Source: Truepera sp.
GTDB lineage: Bacteria > Deinococcota > Deinococci > Deinococcales > Trueperaceae
NCBI GenBank assembly: GCA_965218435.1
Contig: CBDCKW010000009.1
Coordinates: 672,001-736,000 of the forward strand
Direction of reading: 5' to 3'
DNA length: 64,000 nt
The notes under the pieces are model-generated. The model searched no databases. It saw nothing but the letters and a program-made list of their open reading frames with translations, and was not told where the DNA came from. Both the position numbers and the translations under genes were made by a program. Below are positions 29,455 to 43,682 of the stretch, in pieces (position 1 is the stretch's first letter; each line of letters starts with the position of its first letter).

Positions 29455-30324
29455 TTATTCCTGTTCAAGTCCTCCATCGAGGGTCAAGAGGCGGTGGTAA
29501 AGTTCGGGGCGGCGGTCACGAAAAAAGCCGAAGCCGGCCCGAAAGCGCCTTGCTGCGGCAAAATCCAGCTCAGCGTAGATGACAGTCTCCGAAGTCTCGT
29601 CGGCCTCGGCCACTTTGGACCCGGTGTAGTCGCAGATAAACGACGACCCGTAAAAGCGGGCGTCACCCTCTCGCCCGACCCGGTTCGCTGCCGCGACGTA
29701 GACGCTGTTCGAGACAGCGTGTCCGAGCATCGCCCGTTGCCACATGTCGCGGGTTTCTAAGCCGCCGACCTCTTGGGGTTCAGAGCCGATGGCGGTGGGG
29801 TAAAGCAGTAAGTTTGCACCTTGTAAGGCCATCGCCCGCGCCGCCTCGGGAAACCACTGATCCCAGCAGATGGCCGCGCCGACGTTGCCAAACTGCGTCT
29901 CCCACGCCTTAAAGCCGGTGTCGCCAACGTTAAAGTAAAATTTCTCTTCATAACCGGGGCCGTCGGGGATGTGGGATTTGCGGTAGGTGCCGAGCGCCGT
30001 ACCGCCCGCGTCAAACATTCTGAGGCTGTTAAAGTACGCTTGCCCCGCCGACTCAAAAAACGATACGGGTAAGACGACGCAGAGTTCGGCGGCAAGGTTG
30101 CCGAAACGTTCTAAAAAAGGGTGAGAATCCGCCGGGTGCGCGAGTTCGAACAGTTCGTCGCGCTCGAGCTGCGGAAAATACAGGTTTTCGAAAAGCTCTT
30201 GCAACAAGACGATGTTGGCCCCGGCTCCGGCGGCCTCCCGGACAAAATGCTCGGCTTTGTCTAAGTTTTCCTCTAAAACGTCCGAACAGCTCATCTGAAC
30301 GACAGCGAGTTTAACGGTGGACAT
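29455..30324 (-). CDS. aguB: N-carbamoylputrescine amidase
   Basis: Nitrilase triad LQELF / YRKSHIPDGPGY.EK / ICWDQWFPE, plus YPTAIGSEP. Confidence 0.93.
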   Translation of the reverse strand: MSTVKLAVVQMSCSDVLEENLDKAEHFVREAAGAGANIVLLQELFENLYFPQLERDELFELAHPADSHPFLERFGNLAAELCVVLPVSFFESAGQAYFNSLRMFDAGGTALGTYRKSHIPDGPGYEEKFYFNVGDTGFKAWETQFGNVGAAICWDQWFPEAARAMALQGANLLLYPTAIGSEPQEVGGLETRDMWQRAMLGHAVSNSVYVAAANRVGREGDARFYGSSFICDYTGSKVAEADETSETVIYAELDFAAARRFRAGFGFFRDRRPELYHRLLTLDGGLEQE

Positions 30325-30337
30325 AATCAGGTTCCTT

Positions 30338-30865
30338 TTAACGGTGAAGATGGGCAGCGATAGCGGCGGCTGTCTCTTGCGGTGGGGTGTCAGTCGTATC
30401 TAGCTGCAAGCTCGGCAGGTCGGGATAAGGCGTAAAGAGATCGTAAGTCTCGAGCAGTTCATTTAAGAAACCGGTATCTAAGATTGTGCCCTTAGCGCAC
30501 CTCGAGTCCAAGCCCACGCGTTCGTTAAGTTTTTTACGGCTGCAGGTGAGCTGGACGAGCAGTGTTCTGGCACCGTATTTTTCGACGGCTTCTAACATCC
30601 ACTGTATTTCTGGGTTGTCCTGCGGATAAGCGTAGACGTAGGTGAAGATGAGGGAGACGTTTTCTCGAGCAGCCTCTTCAAAAACGAGCTGTCTGATAGA
30701 CTTACCGACGTGCCCGAACGACGGCGTACCTCGGGGGAAAACCGTTTCAACCAGATCAATACTCAGATGGTTGTGAAAAACCTTAAAACCGGTCAAACGA
30801 GCAAGCTCTTTTGCTACGGTCAACTTACCCACCGCGGGCGGCCCATAGAGCAAAACGAACGTCAT
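30338..30865 (-). CDS. P-loop (AAA_33 / shikimate-kinase-like) kinase
   Basis: LYGPPAVGKLTVA..L, FHNH..ID and LDTT. Confidence 0.8.
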   Translation of the reverse strand: MTFVLLYGPPAVGKLTVAKELARLTGFKVFHNHLSIDLVETVFPRGTPSFGHVGKSIRQLVFEEAARENVSLIFTYVYAYPQDNPEIQWMLEAVEKYGARTLLVQLTCSRKKLNERVGLDSRCAKGTILDTGFLNELLETYDLFTPYPDLPSLQLDTTDTPPQETAAAIAAHLHR

Positions 30866-31935
30866 GGAGCTAGTGGTTCCCCAACGGGTTGTTGCTGCGT
30901 AACACAGTGAAACGACCCGCCCCCGGTAATCAGCGCCTTTGATGAGAGCCCAATCACCTCACGGCCTGGGAAAAGCGGCGCTAGAATCTCTAAAGCCCTT
31001 CCGTCGTTCTCATCACCGTACTGCGGTAAGATGACAAAGCCGTTACCGATATAAAAGTTCGCGTAGGTTGGGGGCAAACGTACCCCCTGAAACTCGAGCC
31101 TTGTTTTCGGTAAGGGCAGTTTCACAACGTTATATGGGTTCCCGTTATGGTCACGTAAGCTCTGAAGCTGAATCGAATTACGCTGCATGGGGCTGAAGTT
31201 GGCATCTAGTTTGTCTTCAGTGACGGAACAAACGATGGTCTGGTCATCAGTAAAGCGGACGATAGTGTCAATATGGCCGTCGGTGTGGTCGCCCTCGAGC
31301 CCTCCCGCCAACCACGCGACATGCTTGAGACCTAAGTTTGCCCGTAAAATCTCTTCCAAGTTCGTCTCGCCTAGACCGGGGTTGCGCCGCTGCGATAGTA
31401 AACAGCTCCGGGTCGTTAAACAAACGCCGCGCCCGTTCAGCTCTAACGAGCCGCCTTCCATAATGACCGGCACCGTAAACCGCTTCATCGAAAGTCTTTT
31501 GGCGACGGCTTCGGGCGCGCGGTCGTCGTCGTCCCAGGGCGCGTACTTTTCACCCCAGGCGTTAAAGCCCCAATCGGTCAGCGCGACTTGGCCTGCTGTG
31601 TTTTTCACGAATAACGGCCCGTTGTCCCGAAACCAGACGTCGTTTAAGGGAATGCGGTTAAAGGTGATGTTTTCCAAGGGCGCGTGTTGGACTTTCAACC
31701 TCACTCTCGCGTCCGCTTCGGTTTCCCCGTCCCGAACGTTGAGCACCACCGGCTCAAAGCGGGCGATGGTCGCAACGAGCGCCGCGAACTCGTCCCGGAC
31801 GGCCTCGAGTTGTCCTTCCCAGAGCGCGTCGTCAAAAGGCCAGCTCGTCCAGGTAGCGGCGTGCGGCGTCCACTCGGGAGGCATGGCAAAGCCCAGCTCG
31901 AGCGGGGTAGGGGCTTCGGTGGTCGAGTCAGTCAT
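30862..31935 (-). CDS. aguA: Agmatine deiminase
   Basis: MPPEW.PH, DVWFRDNGP, EGGS, DHTDGHID and GGGSFHCVTQQ. Confidence 0.93.
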   Translation of the reverse strand: MTDSTTEAPTPLELGFAMPPEWTPHAATWTSWPFDDALWEGQLEAVRDEFAALVATIARFEPVVLNVRDGETEADARVRLKVQHAPLENITFNRIPLNDVWFRDNGPLFVKNTAGQVALTDWGFNAWGEKYAPWDDDDRAPEAVAKRLSMKRFTVPVIMEGGSLELNGRGVCLTTRSCLLSQRRNPGLGETNLEEILRANLGLKHVAWLAGGLEGDHTDGHIDTIVRFTDDQTIVCSVTEDKLDANFSPMQRNSIQLQSLRDHNGNPYNVVKLPLPKTRLEFQGVRLPPTYANFYIGNGFVILPQYGDENDGRALEILAPLFPGREVIGLSSKALITGGGSFHCVTQQQPVGEPLAP

Positions 31936-32036
31936 CGTTTCTCCTGCAACGTTTGCCAAGTCCACAGCGTTTTCATGAAGTAATCTCTATGTGTCCCTGA
32001 CAATTTTAGTTCACTCAACGCTAAAGACGGCAGCCG

Positions 32037-32930
32037 TTAGCGGCGGCTCTCTTCGGGGACGGTGACGGAGGTACCGCTCGAGGGTTCCGGCGGAACCTTA
32101 AGCGACTCCGGCAGATCCTCTTGGAGTGCCCTCAGCACGCCCTCATAGCCGTAACGAATCGCCTCGTCTAGCCGGTTAAACTGGTGCGGCATAAAGCTGT
32201 GCGGGAGGGGCGGTTTGACGATCAGGTCGGGCGGGTGCATCGCGTAGGTCAGCTCGGCCAGCTTACCTTGGGTAATCGTAAAGGCTTTTTCAGCAACTTC
32301 CATCGGAACGGTCAACTGCTTGGGGCCAAAACGCGCCGCGAGCTTTTGCCAGAAGTGCTCTTTATCGCCCTCGGTCAGGTTGATAGGCCGGTCTATCGGT
32401 ACGGTGACGTCTATCGCAATCACCGGCCGGTCGGTCAGCGTGCGAATCACATCTACCGGAACGATGTTGAGGGTGCCGCCGTCAATAAAAAAGCGGCCTT
32501 CATCTTCTACGGGGTCGAAGATACCGGGAAAAGCGTTGCTGGCGCAGATACGCCGGACCAGCGGGCCACGCCGCAAAACACACGAAAGCCCTTGCTGCAC
32601 GTCAACGGCGACGGCGGCGAAGGGATAACGGAGTTCTTCAAACGTCTCAGGCAGATGCGGCGCTAAAATCTCTTGGAGACCGTCTGAGCCGATCATCCCG
32701 TTCCCGCCGTCAAAGTCAATGTCTAGGACTTTAAGCATATTCATGTCGTGAAAAATCTCTTCGATACGCTCCGGCGAGTGACCGGCCGCGTGAAACGCGC
32801 CGACGATTGCGCCCGCCGAACAGGTGCTCATGGCGACGGGTTCAAAACCGTGCTCAGTAAGTGCCTGCAACGCGCCGATATGGGCAAAACAGCGTGCCCC
32901 GCCGCCGCCTAAAACGATCCCGACTTTCAT
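32037..32930 (-). CDS. Patatin-like phospholipase
   Basis: LGGGGAR..AHIG, nucleophile elbow variant TCSAG, and DGG. Confidence 0.85.
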   Translation of the reverse strand: MKVGIVLGGGGARCFAHIGALQALTEHGFEPVAMSTCSAGAIVGAFHAAGHSPERIEEIFHDMNMLKVLDIDFDGGNGMIGSDGLQEILAPHLPETFEELRYPFAAVAVDVQQGLSCVLRRGPLVRRICASNAFPGIFDPVEDEGRFFIDGGTLNIVPVDVIRTLTDRPVIAIDVTVPIDRPINLTEGDKEHFWQKLAARFGPKQLTVPMEVAEKAFTITQGKLAELTYAMHPPDLIVKPPLPHSFMPHQFNRLDEAIRYGYEGVLRALQEDLPESLKVPPEPSSGTSVTVPEESRR

Positions 32931-33192
32931 CGCTGCTCCATCTTTACCCATGAGGTTGCCTGTACTGGGACAAGCAACCTCTTTTCTAGGTGTCGCGTCA
33001 TCTTTCTACCATCTCACATTCTGCTCCGGCCAAACGTCTTATATTGAGCTTGTTGCGAGCCAAACGGCTTTTGGCGCGGTAGGCGTTACCCAATCGGCCT
33101 CCGCGTACTCTATAACGCAACGTTACAACAATGGGAGCTACCGTGAAAAATGTGAAGTTTGTCCCCTGCACTTTTGTGCTGGTGTGTTGCTG

Positions 33193-34569
33193 ATGGCTTC
33201 GTCTACAACAAGCGCAGCGGTAAGAAGTGTTGATGACGCCGTTGAGCAGATCGGTCTGGGCCGGTTTCAGTGGCGGCTGTTAGGCGTCAACGGTCTCGTC
33301 TGGGCGGGTGACGCGATGGAAGTTATCGGCATTGGGTTTATCATCCCCTCAATTATTGCGACCTTTGGTGTCACCGGCGGGCAAGCGGGGCTCATCGGCT
33401 CACTGTTTTTCGCCGGAATGCTCTTCGGCGCGTGGGGTTTCGGCTCACTCGCCGACCGTATCGGGCGGCGGCGGGTTTTCTTGCTGACGATTGCGCTCAA
33501 CGCCGTGTTTGCTCTCTCGTCGGCGTTTTCACCGAGTTTTACGCTGCTCTTAATCTTCCGCTTTTTGAACGGTCTGGCGGTCGGCGGGACGCTGCCCGTA
33601 GACTACGCGGTGATGGCTGAATACTTGCCCAAACGCGAACGAGGTCGGTTTTTGGTGTACCTCGAGAGTTTCTGGGCGCTCGGTACGGTCATCGTGGCAC
33701 TTTTAGCGTGGGCGATTGTCTCAAACTTACCCGAAACCGGTTGGCGCTGGCTCTTAGCGATCAACGCGCTGCCTGGTATTTTAGGCTTCTGGGTCAGGCT
33801 CAGCGTGCCGGAGTCGCCCAGGTTTTTACTTTTGCGCGGAAACCTGGCGGGTGCCAAAGAGGTGCTTCACCGGGTTGCTAAAATCAACCGGGTCGAGCTG
33901 AATTTAACCCGACTTAAGCAAACGCCCCCCGCCCCGCGCCGTAACACGACCGCCGCACTGTTTGCCCCCGAACTCGTTTCTCGGACGCTCTGGCTACTTG
34001 TGATTTGGTTTGCCTTGTCGTTCGGTTACTACGGCGTCTTTACCTGGCTCCGGCCTATCTTCGTCGGGCAAGGGGTCGCGGTGCTCAGCACCTATTGGTT
34101 TTTAGTCGTCTTGGCGCTCGCGCAGCTGCCCGGTTACGCGCTCGCGGCACTCAGTTTAGACCGGTTCGGACGTAAACCGACGCTGGCTGTGTTTTTAGGG
34201 GTGAGCGCGGTCTCGAGCATGGTCTTTGCCTTTTCCACCACGCCCGCCGTCGTGATTACCGCGAGCTTGCTGCTTTCCGCGTCGCTGCTCGGCGCGTGGG
34301 GCGCACTCTACGCGGCGACGCCCGAGTTTTTCCCGACTGAAGTCCGCGCAACCGGCACCGGCGTGATGGGCGCAGCGGCGCGGGCAGGTGGTATTGTTGC
34401 CGCGCAACTCGGTGGGACGCTCCTGTTGGTGTCGTTTCCGCTGGCGCTCAGCATCTTCGCGCTCTCGCTCGTCGTTGCCGGACTCGCCGCGCTCTTGTTA
34501 CGCGGAGGTCGGCGGGCCGAGGCGCTCAGCGAACGTTTGGGGGAAGGTATTGCCGCTCAAAGCACCTAA
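33193..34569 (+). CDS. MFS transporter (NiaP/SV2-like sugar-porter type)
   Basis: G.LADRIGRR, EYLP..ERGR, PESPRFL, DRFGRK and PEFFPTEVRATG. Confidence 0.9.
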   Translation: MASSTTSAAVRSVDDAVEQIGLGRFQWRLLGVNGLVWAGDAMEVIGIGFIIPSIIATFGVTGGQAGLIGSLFFAGMLFGAWGFGSLADRIGRRRVFLLTIALNAVFALSSAFSPSFTLLLIFRFLNGLAVGGTLPVDYAVMAEYLPKRERGRFLVYLESFWALGTVIVALLAWAIVSNLPETGWRWLLAINALPGILGFWVRLSVPESPRFLLLRGNLAGAKEVLHRVAKINRVELNLTRLKQTPPAPRRNTTAALFAPELVSRTLWLLVIWFALSFGYYGVFTWLRPIFVGQGVAVLSTYWFLVVLALAQLPGYALAALSLDRFGRKPTLAVFLGVSAVSSMVFAFSTTPAVVITASLLLSASLLGAWGALYAATPEFFPTEVRATGTGVMGAAARAGGIVAAQLGGTLLLVSFPLALSIFALSLVVAGLAALLLRGGRRAEALSERLGEGIAAQST

Positions 34570-34664
34570 GTTCCGTTGACGTTTGTTCTTATCGTTACGT
34601 CTTTGTAGGAAGATGCTAGCTTGCTCGAGCTACGGACGTCTCGGTTTGGGATAATATTTTTTAG

Positions 34665-35010
34665 ATGGCGTCCGAACAAAGCATTGTTGATTACCTCATA
34701 GCTTGCCAGTGCGGGCGACGTGTCAGCCCGCAAGATGTTTGGTGAATACGGTGTTTACTGTGAAGGCAAGCTGGTTGCGCTTATTTGCGACGATCAGTTT
34801 TTCGTCAAGCCGACCGAGGCGGGCCGCGCGTTTATCGGTGAGGTTGAGGAAGCCTCGCCTTACAAGGGGGCCAAACCCAGCTTTTTGGTTTCTGAAGCGC
34901 ACTGGGATGACCGAGAATGGCTGGGAGAACTCGTACGGCTTACCGCCGCTGCGCTGCCCCTACCGAAGCCGAAAGCGAAAAAGGCCAAGAAATGGTTGCC
35001 GCCCTACTGA
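34665..35010 (+). pseudogene. TfoX/Sxy N-terminal-domain protein with a frameshift near 34701
   Basis: MASEQSIVDYLI is in one frame. LASAGDVSARKMFGEYGVY...CDDQFFVKPT is in the +1 frame, preceded by TAG. Confidence 0.75.
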
Positions 35011-35029
35011 CTCAAAAGCTCGACAAAAC

Positions 35030-35620
35030 CTAATTCTTGGGTTGTGGTGTGAGTTCGTACGAAAGCGTCCCGCGCCCCAATCCCTTAAACGGTGCTTTGG
35101 AAAAGTCTATGATGATGGCGCTACCCTCACCACTCCGCACATTGTCGAGCGCGTAGATACGGACCGGCCCATCGGCGCGTACATTATCTTTTGACCGAGT
35201 AAAGGGTTGCTCCTCATCGTGCGGATGCAGCAGCGGGCGGCGGCCATTCTCCGCACCCTCAAAGACGATGGTGTCGGCGTAGTCGTCCCACCCCTGGTCG
35301 TGGTGGCGGACGGTTGCGCCCATGCTAAAGGTGTTCGGGTCGGTGCCCCGGCTAAAACGCATCCCGATGACGTGCGGCTGGTTAAAGGTACCGAAGTCGG
35401 CTAAGTGCAGCTCGAGCTGACCTCCTTCAAAATAAACGGTGAGCGGCTCAGACGGGTCTTCAACACTAAAATACTCGTCATTACGGTCGGTGCCTTCGCC
35501 CGAGTCCCAGTGTATCGGCCTACCGTCTAAAAAGAGCTCGAGGGTATAGGTGTGCGTCTTGGCAAAAGCGAGGGGGAGCGGCGCGAGGGCGAGCAATATC
35601 ATAAGAGCAAAGCGTTTCAT
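35030..35620 (-). CDS. Secreted hypothetical protein
   Basis: Signal peptide MKRFALMILLALAPLPLAFA. TATGGT lies 6 nt before ATG. Confidence 0.65.
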   Translation of the reverse strand: MKRFALMILLALAPLPLAFAKTHTYTLELFLDGRPIHWDSGEGTDRNDEYFSVEDPSEPLTVYFEGGQLELHLADFGTFNQPHVIGMRFSRGTDPNTFSMGATVRHHDQGWDDYADTIVFEGAENGRRPLLHPHDEEQPFTRSKDNVRADGPVRIYALDNVRSGEGSAIIIDFSKAPFKGLGRGTLSYELTPQPKN

Positions 35621-35714
35621 AGGCTCACCATACGGGGCACACGTGAGCCTTCGTCGCAGAGATGATGAAACACCTAAACGCCGCACAAAAATGCCGTAGT
35701 TGTATCTTTAAGCC

Positions 35715-36071
35715 GTGAGCCGTTCGTTAGCCCTAGCCCGCACTTTTTTAGGCCGACACGTCACGGTTACGGTTGACCGCCCGCTCGGGTCGCGGCACCC
35801 CCGTCACGGACATCTGTATGGGGTCAATTACGGGTATCTACCCGGGACGCTCGCGCCGGACGGTGAGGCGTTAGACGCGTATATTTTGGGTGTGACGGTG
35901 CCGCTGACAACGTTTTCGGGTCAGGCTGTTGCGATCATTCACCGCGCCGACGATAACGACGACAAGCTGGTCGTGGTCCCTAAAGGTTTAGTCTTAACCG
36001 ACGCGCAGATGATGGACGCCGTGGCGTTTCAAGAACAGTTTTTTCGGTCGTCAGTGGTGCGTGAAGGCTAA
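35715..36071 (+). CDS. Small inorganic-pyrophosphatase-like protein
   Basis: VDRPLGS.HP, VNYGY.PGT.A.DGEALDAY and DDKLVV. Confidence 0.85.
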   Translation: MSRSLALARTFLGRHVTVTVDRPLGSRHPRHGHLYGVNYGYLPGTLAPDGEALDAYILGVTVPLTTFSGQAVAIIHRADDNDDKLVVVPKGLVLTDAQMMDAVAFQEQFFRSSVVREG

Positions 36072-37357
36072 GCTTCGGGACAGAGCCGCGCCTGAACCGT
36101 ACCGTCTGCTTCGCCCGGCAACACAAGCGTAACTGCTTTTAGAGATTGACTGAGCGAGAGGAAAAACTTGCCGTCGTTGCGTTCACGTGTGGAGTGCTCG
36201 AGCGTTACCTTCTCGACCCTTCCGCCCTCATAGCTGAGTTTTAATGTAAGCGAAGTCTGCGCCAGGTCGGATAGCACGAGGTACAAAAAGCCCATATGCT
36301 TGCCCTGCAAACCTGTAAAAAGCAGCACGCTACGGCTGAGCTGCTTCGTTACAAGCGTCTCACTTTGAGCTGCGCTACACGCGCCCTGCACGCTCGGAAC
36401 GAGCTGCCGGTAAAAGAGTGGGTCTTGCGGAACATCGAACAAAGTGGCAAACTCCCACACTAAAAAGGCAGGTCTGGACTCGCGGAACGTCTGAGAGCGG
36501 AGGTATGCCCCCAGCGCAGCTTGCGGCCCGCCGCCTATGGCCGACACGTTAAGGACGTCTAACCCGCTCGCTTGCGCCAAAAAACCGGCGAAGTTGAGGT
36601 CTTCACGTGCGCTGTTGCTCGTTCCGGCGAGCACAATCGGCGGCGCGGATGCCCCAAACAGGTCGCCACGTTCTGCTGTCACCTCCGTGGTGCGGTAACG
36701 CGTCAGTTTCTCAGCGGGCGGATTTTTCCCGCAAATCTGTCCGATGGCCTCACCAAATGAGCCGAGCTGTTCTTCAGTCTCCACAGCTTTCGTCTTAAAC
36801 TCGCGTTGTTCAAACGTGGCCGAACGAAACTCGGGTGTTGAGGTAAGGGTTTGAGCGACGGCCTGGGCGCTTGCCCTCGAGCCCTCCGGCGTCCAGTGAT
36901 GGTCGCGCCGAAAAAAATAGTTCGGCGTTTTTGCTACGACCTCGCCAAGGTCGGCCACGTGTAGTCCAGCATTTTGTAACGTCGTCCGCACCGCTTCATA
37001 ACGGGCTAGAGCTTCGCCGGGTGCGTACTCCGGCAGACTGTCCGCCGCCAACGCCACCCCGCGCGGCGGTTGCGCTGCGATGATAAGCGTCACGCTCTGA
37101 GCTGCGAGCGTTTTGTTGAGTGACACTAAATATGTAAGCGTTTCTCGGTTCAGCGTAAACGTCGTGGCGAGGTCGTCGTGACGCAAAAGCCACCCCTCCG
37201 GTCCGGCCTCGAGCCGATAAAACCACCGTCCCTGATACGCTGCCGGAGCCTCGGCTGCAGGGCAAAAATAGGTGGGCTTATTCCCCAACCTCACTAAAAA
37301 ACCTACGCCCAACCCGAGAAACAGGCCGAGCGCGAGGTAGGGAAGCGCACGTCTCAT
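36068..37357 (-). CDS. AlgX/AlgJ-like SGNH polysaccharide O-acetyltransferase
   Basis: N-terminal anchor, G..GWL, FFRRDHHWTPEG, LAGTSNS, P.FLVWEF and an AlgX-like C-terminal module. Confidence 0.8.
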   Translation of the reverse strand: MRRALPYLALGLFLGLGVGFLVRLGNKPTYFCPAAEAPAAYQGRWFYRLEAGPEGWLLRHDDLATTFTLNRETLTYLVSLNKTLAAQSVTLIIAAQPPRGVALAADSLPEYAPGEALARYEAVRTTLQNAGLHVADLGEVVAKTPNYFFRRDHHWTPEGSRASAQAVAQTLTSTPEFRSATFEQREFKTKAVETEEQLGSFGEAIGQICGKNPPAEKLTRYRTTEVTAERGDLFGASAPPIVLAGTSNSAREDLNFAGFLAQASGLDVLNVSAIGGGPQAALGAYLRSQTFRESRPAFLVWEFATLFDVPQDPLFYRQLVPSVQGACSAAQSETLVTKQLSRSVLLFTGLQGKHMGFLYLVLSDLAQTSLTLKLSYEGGRVEKVTLEHSTRERNDGKFFLSLSQSLKAVTLVLPGEADGTVQARLCPEA

Positions 37358-37439
37358 TTTTTTAGTGTAACGGGACGGCCGCACAAGAAAATGACGCCGG
37401 GATGAGGGTTGGGCTGAGTAGCAGCGCCCTAAAGAAACG

Positions 37440-38621
37440 TCAGTCGGTAAGGACGGCGATACCCGGCAGTGTTTTACCTTCTAAAAACTCCAAACTCGCG
37501 CCGCCCCCCGTCGAGATGTGGTCGAACTTCTCCGCTAACCCCACCGCGTTGACCGCTGCCACCGAGTCACCCCCGCCGACCACGGTATAGGCGTCCAAGT
37601 CTGCCAAGGTTTCAGCGATGGCGCGTGTGCCCGCGTCAAAAGGTGGCGTCTCAAACACGCCGAGCGGCCCGTTCCAGAGGACGGTTTTGGCGTGTTTTAG
37701 CACCGCTTGATAGCTTTTAACCGCCTCCGGTCCAGCGTCCAAACCCAACCAACCCTCTGGAATCTCGTCCGATGGATAGACTTTGGTTTCAGCTCCGGCC
37801 CCCAACTTTTGGGCACACACCGAATCCTGCGGCAGATGCAGCGTCGCGCCTTTAGTTTTGGCTCGTTCCAGCAAATCAAGCGCCAAGTCGAGCTTGTCGT
37901 CTTCAACCAGCGACCCGCCGACACTGCCACCCTGCGCCTTAAAAAATGTGTACGCCATCGCGCCACCGATCAAGATGTCGTCGGCCACGTCCAGCATAGC
38001 GTCAATCACACCGATTTTGTCTGAAACCTTGGCCCCACCGAGAATGACCATAAAAGGTTTTTCGGGGTCTTCCCGCAGCTTCGACAAGACTTCGTTTTCA
38101 CGTGCTAACAGCAGCCCTGCCGCACTCGGCAACAGTTTGGCGACGCCCTCGGTGCTTGCGTGCGCCCGGTGCGCCGCGCCGAACGCGTCATCTACATACA
38201 CGTCGGCGTATTCTGCGAGTTTTTTGGCTAACGCCGGGTCGTTTTTGGTTTCGCGTGAGTCGAAGCGGGTATTTTCCAACAGTGTGACGCTGCCCGGTTC
38301 CGCGTCAGCGACAAACTGTGCTTCTTCCTCTGAAGCGGGGCCGTCCGTCGGCTTGTAACGCACCTCGAGACCTAAAAGCTCGCTCAGCCGCGCCGCAACG
38401 GGCGCTAACCGGCTTTTGTCTTCCGGGCCTTTGGGCCTTCCTAAATGACTCATCAAGATAAGCGTCGCGCCCTCATCCAGCAGTTTCTTAAGCGTCGGCA
38501 GCGTTGCCTGAATTCGGCTGTCGTCAGTAATTGTGCCATCTTTAAGCGGGACGTTAAAGTCCGCGCGGACCAGCACGCGTTTGTTTTTTACGTCGAGGGT
38601 AGCTAAGGTTCTCAGCGCCAT
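37440..38621 (-). CDS. pgk: Phosphoglycerate kinase
   Basis: RADFNVP, SHLGRP, LLENTRF, GGAKVSDK, WNGPLG and ISTGGGASLE. Confidence 0.97.
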   Translation of the reverse strand: MALRTLATLDVKNKRVLVRADFNVPLKDGTITDDSRIQATLPTLKKLLDEGATLILMSHLGRPKGPEDKSRLAPVAARLSELLGLEVRYKPTDGPASEEEAQFVADAEPGSVTLLENTRFDSRETKNDPALAKKLAEYADVYVDDAFGAAHRAHASTEGVAKLLPSAAGLLLARENEVLSKLREDPEKPFMVILGGAKVSDKIGVIDAMLDVADDILIGGAMAYTFFKAQGGSVGGSLVEDDKLDLALDLLERAKTKGATLHLPQDSVCAQKLGAGAETKVYPSDEIPEGWLGLDAGPEAVKSYQAVLKHAKTVLWNGPLGVFETPPFDAGTRAIAETLADLDAYTVVGGGDSVAAVNAVGLAEKFDHISTGGGASLEFLEGKTLPGIAVLTD

Positions 38622-38681
38622 GTCACTCCTCACCAAAAGGCGGCCAGCGTTAGAAGCTGACCGCACTAGGGTTTTTGTAAC

Positions 38682-39722
<1,041 letters not shown>

Positions 39723-39843
39723 TCAACAACCTCACCGAGTTTAACCTGTGGGGTTTCGCTCAAGGTAGCGTGCTCGCAACTTAACCGGGCGTAGTTGATG
39801 TCCAAGCGGCCATATCTGGCTTTGCAAAGGTTATCGTGCCGTG

Positions 39844-40284
39844 ATGGAGCCCGTTCGCCAGTGTGCCGCCGTTATCTTGACCGATGACCAGAACCGGGTG
39901 CTGCTCCTCTGGCAACCCAGACAATCGTACGGCCTGCCGGGGGGCGTTGTCGAGCCCGGTGAGACGCCGCCGCAAGCCGCTGTGCGCGAGGCCAAAGAAG
40001 AGATTGGCGTTGAAGTCGCTTTAGAGTACCTCATTGGCACCTACCTCTTACGCGGAGGCGGTTGGCCCGACATCTTTGCGTCGGTGTATAAAGCTCACGT
40101 CGTTTCAGGAAAACCCCATGCGGCAGACCCGAAGGAGGTTGAACAGCTCGAGTGGGTCGAGCAAAATGCGGTTCCAAAGCTCGTCTCGAACGATGCTCGA
40201 GCTGCCATTCCCGACTTTTACGCCGGAAAACGCGGGGTTGTCGGTGAGGTGTGGCGAGACCGTACAATGCCGTGGACAGGCTGA
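39844..40284 (+). CDS. NUDIX hydrolase
   Basis: LPGGVVEPGE....AAVREAKEEIG. Confidence 0.9.
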   Translation: MEPVRQCAAVILTDDQNRVLLLWQPRQSYGLPGGVVEPGETPPQAAVREAKEEIGVEVALEYLIGTYLLRGGGWPDIFASVYKAHVVSGKPHAADPKEVEQLEWVEQNAVPKLVSNDARAAIPDFYAGKRGVVGEVWRDRTMPWTG

Positions 40285-40371
40285 ACTTTACACAGATTGT
40301 GGGCGAGATAGAGGAGAGTGAGACAACAAAATTCACTCTCCTAAAGGTTACGTCACGGTCATAACGACAAT

Positions 40372-43659
<3,288 letters not shown>

Positions 43660-43682
43660 CGTCTTCCCCTGACCGGGGCACC

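Noticed and set aside
29283..29477. 64-aa ORF downstream of aguB
   Set aside because: No recognisable motif or start signal. It may be a gene remnant but this cannot be supported.
31187..31978. Long antisense ORFs (263 aa here; also 19992-20660, 37783-38358, 38533-39132, 13046-13654)
   Set aside because: They are shadows of well-supported genes on the opposite strand, as expected with GC-rich codon bias.
32824..33192. 123-aa N-terminal extension of the MFS transporter (and similar extensions at 18519, 54360, 17785, 26586)
   Set aside because: The extensions overlap neighbouring genes or promoters and lack homology-like character, and downstream starts fit the family N-termini.
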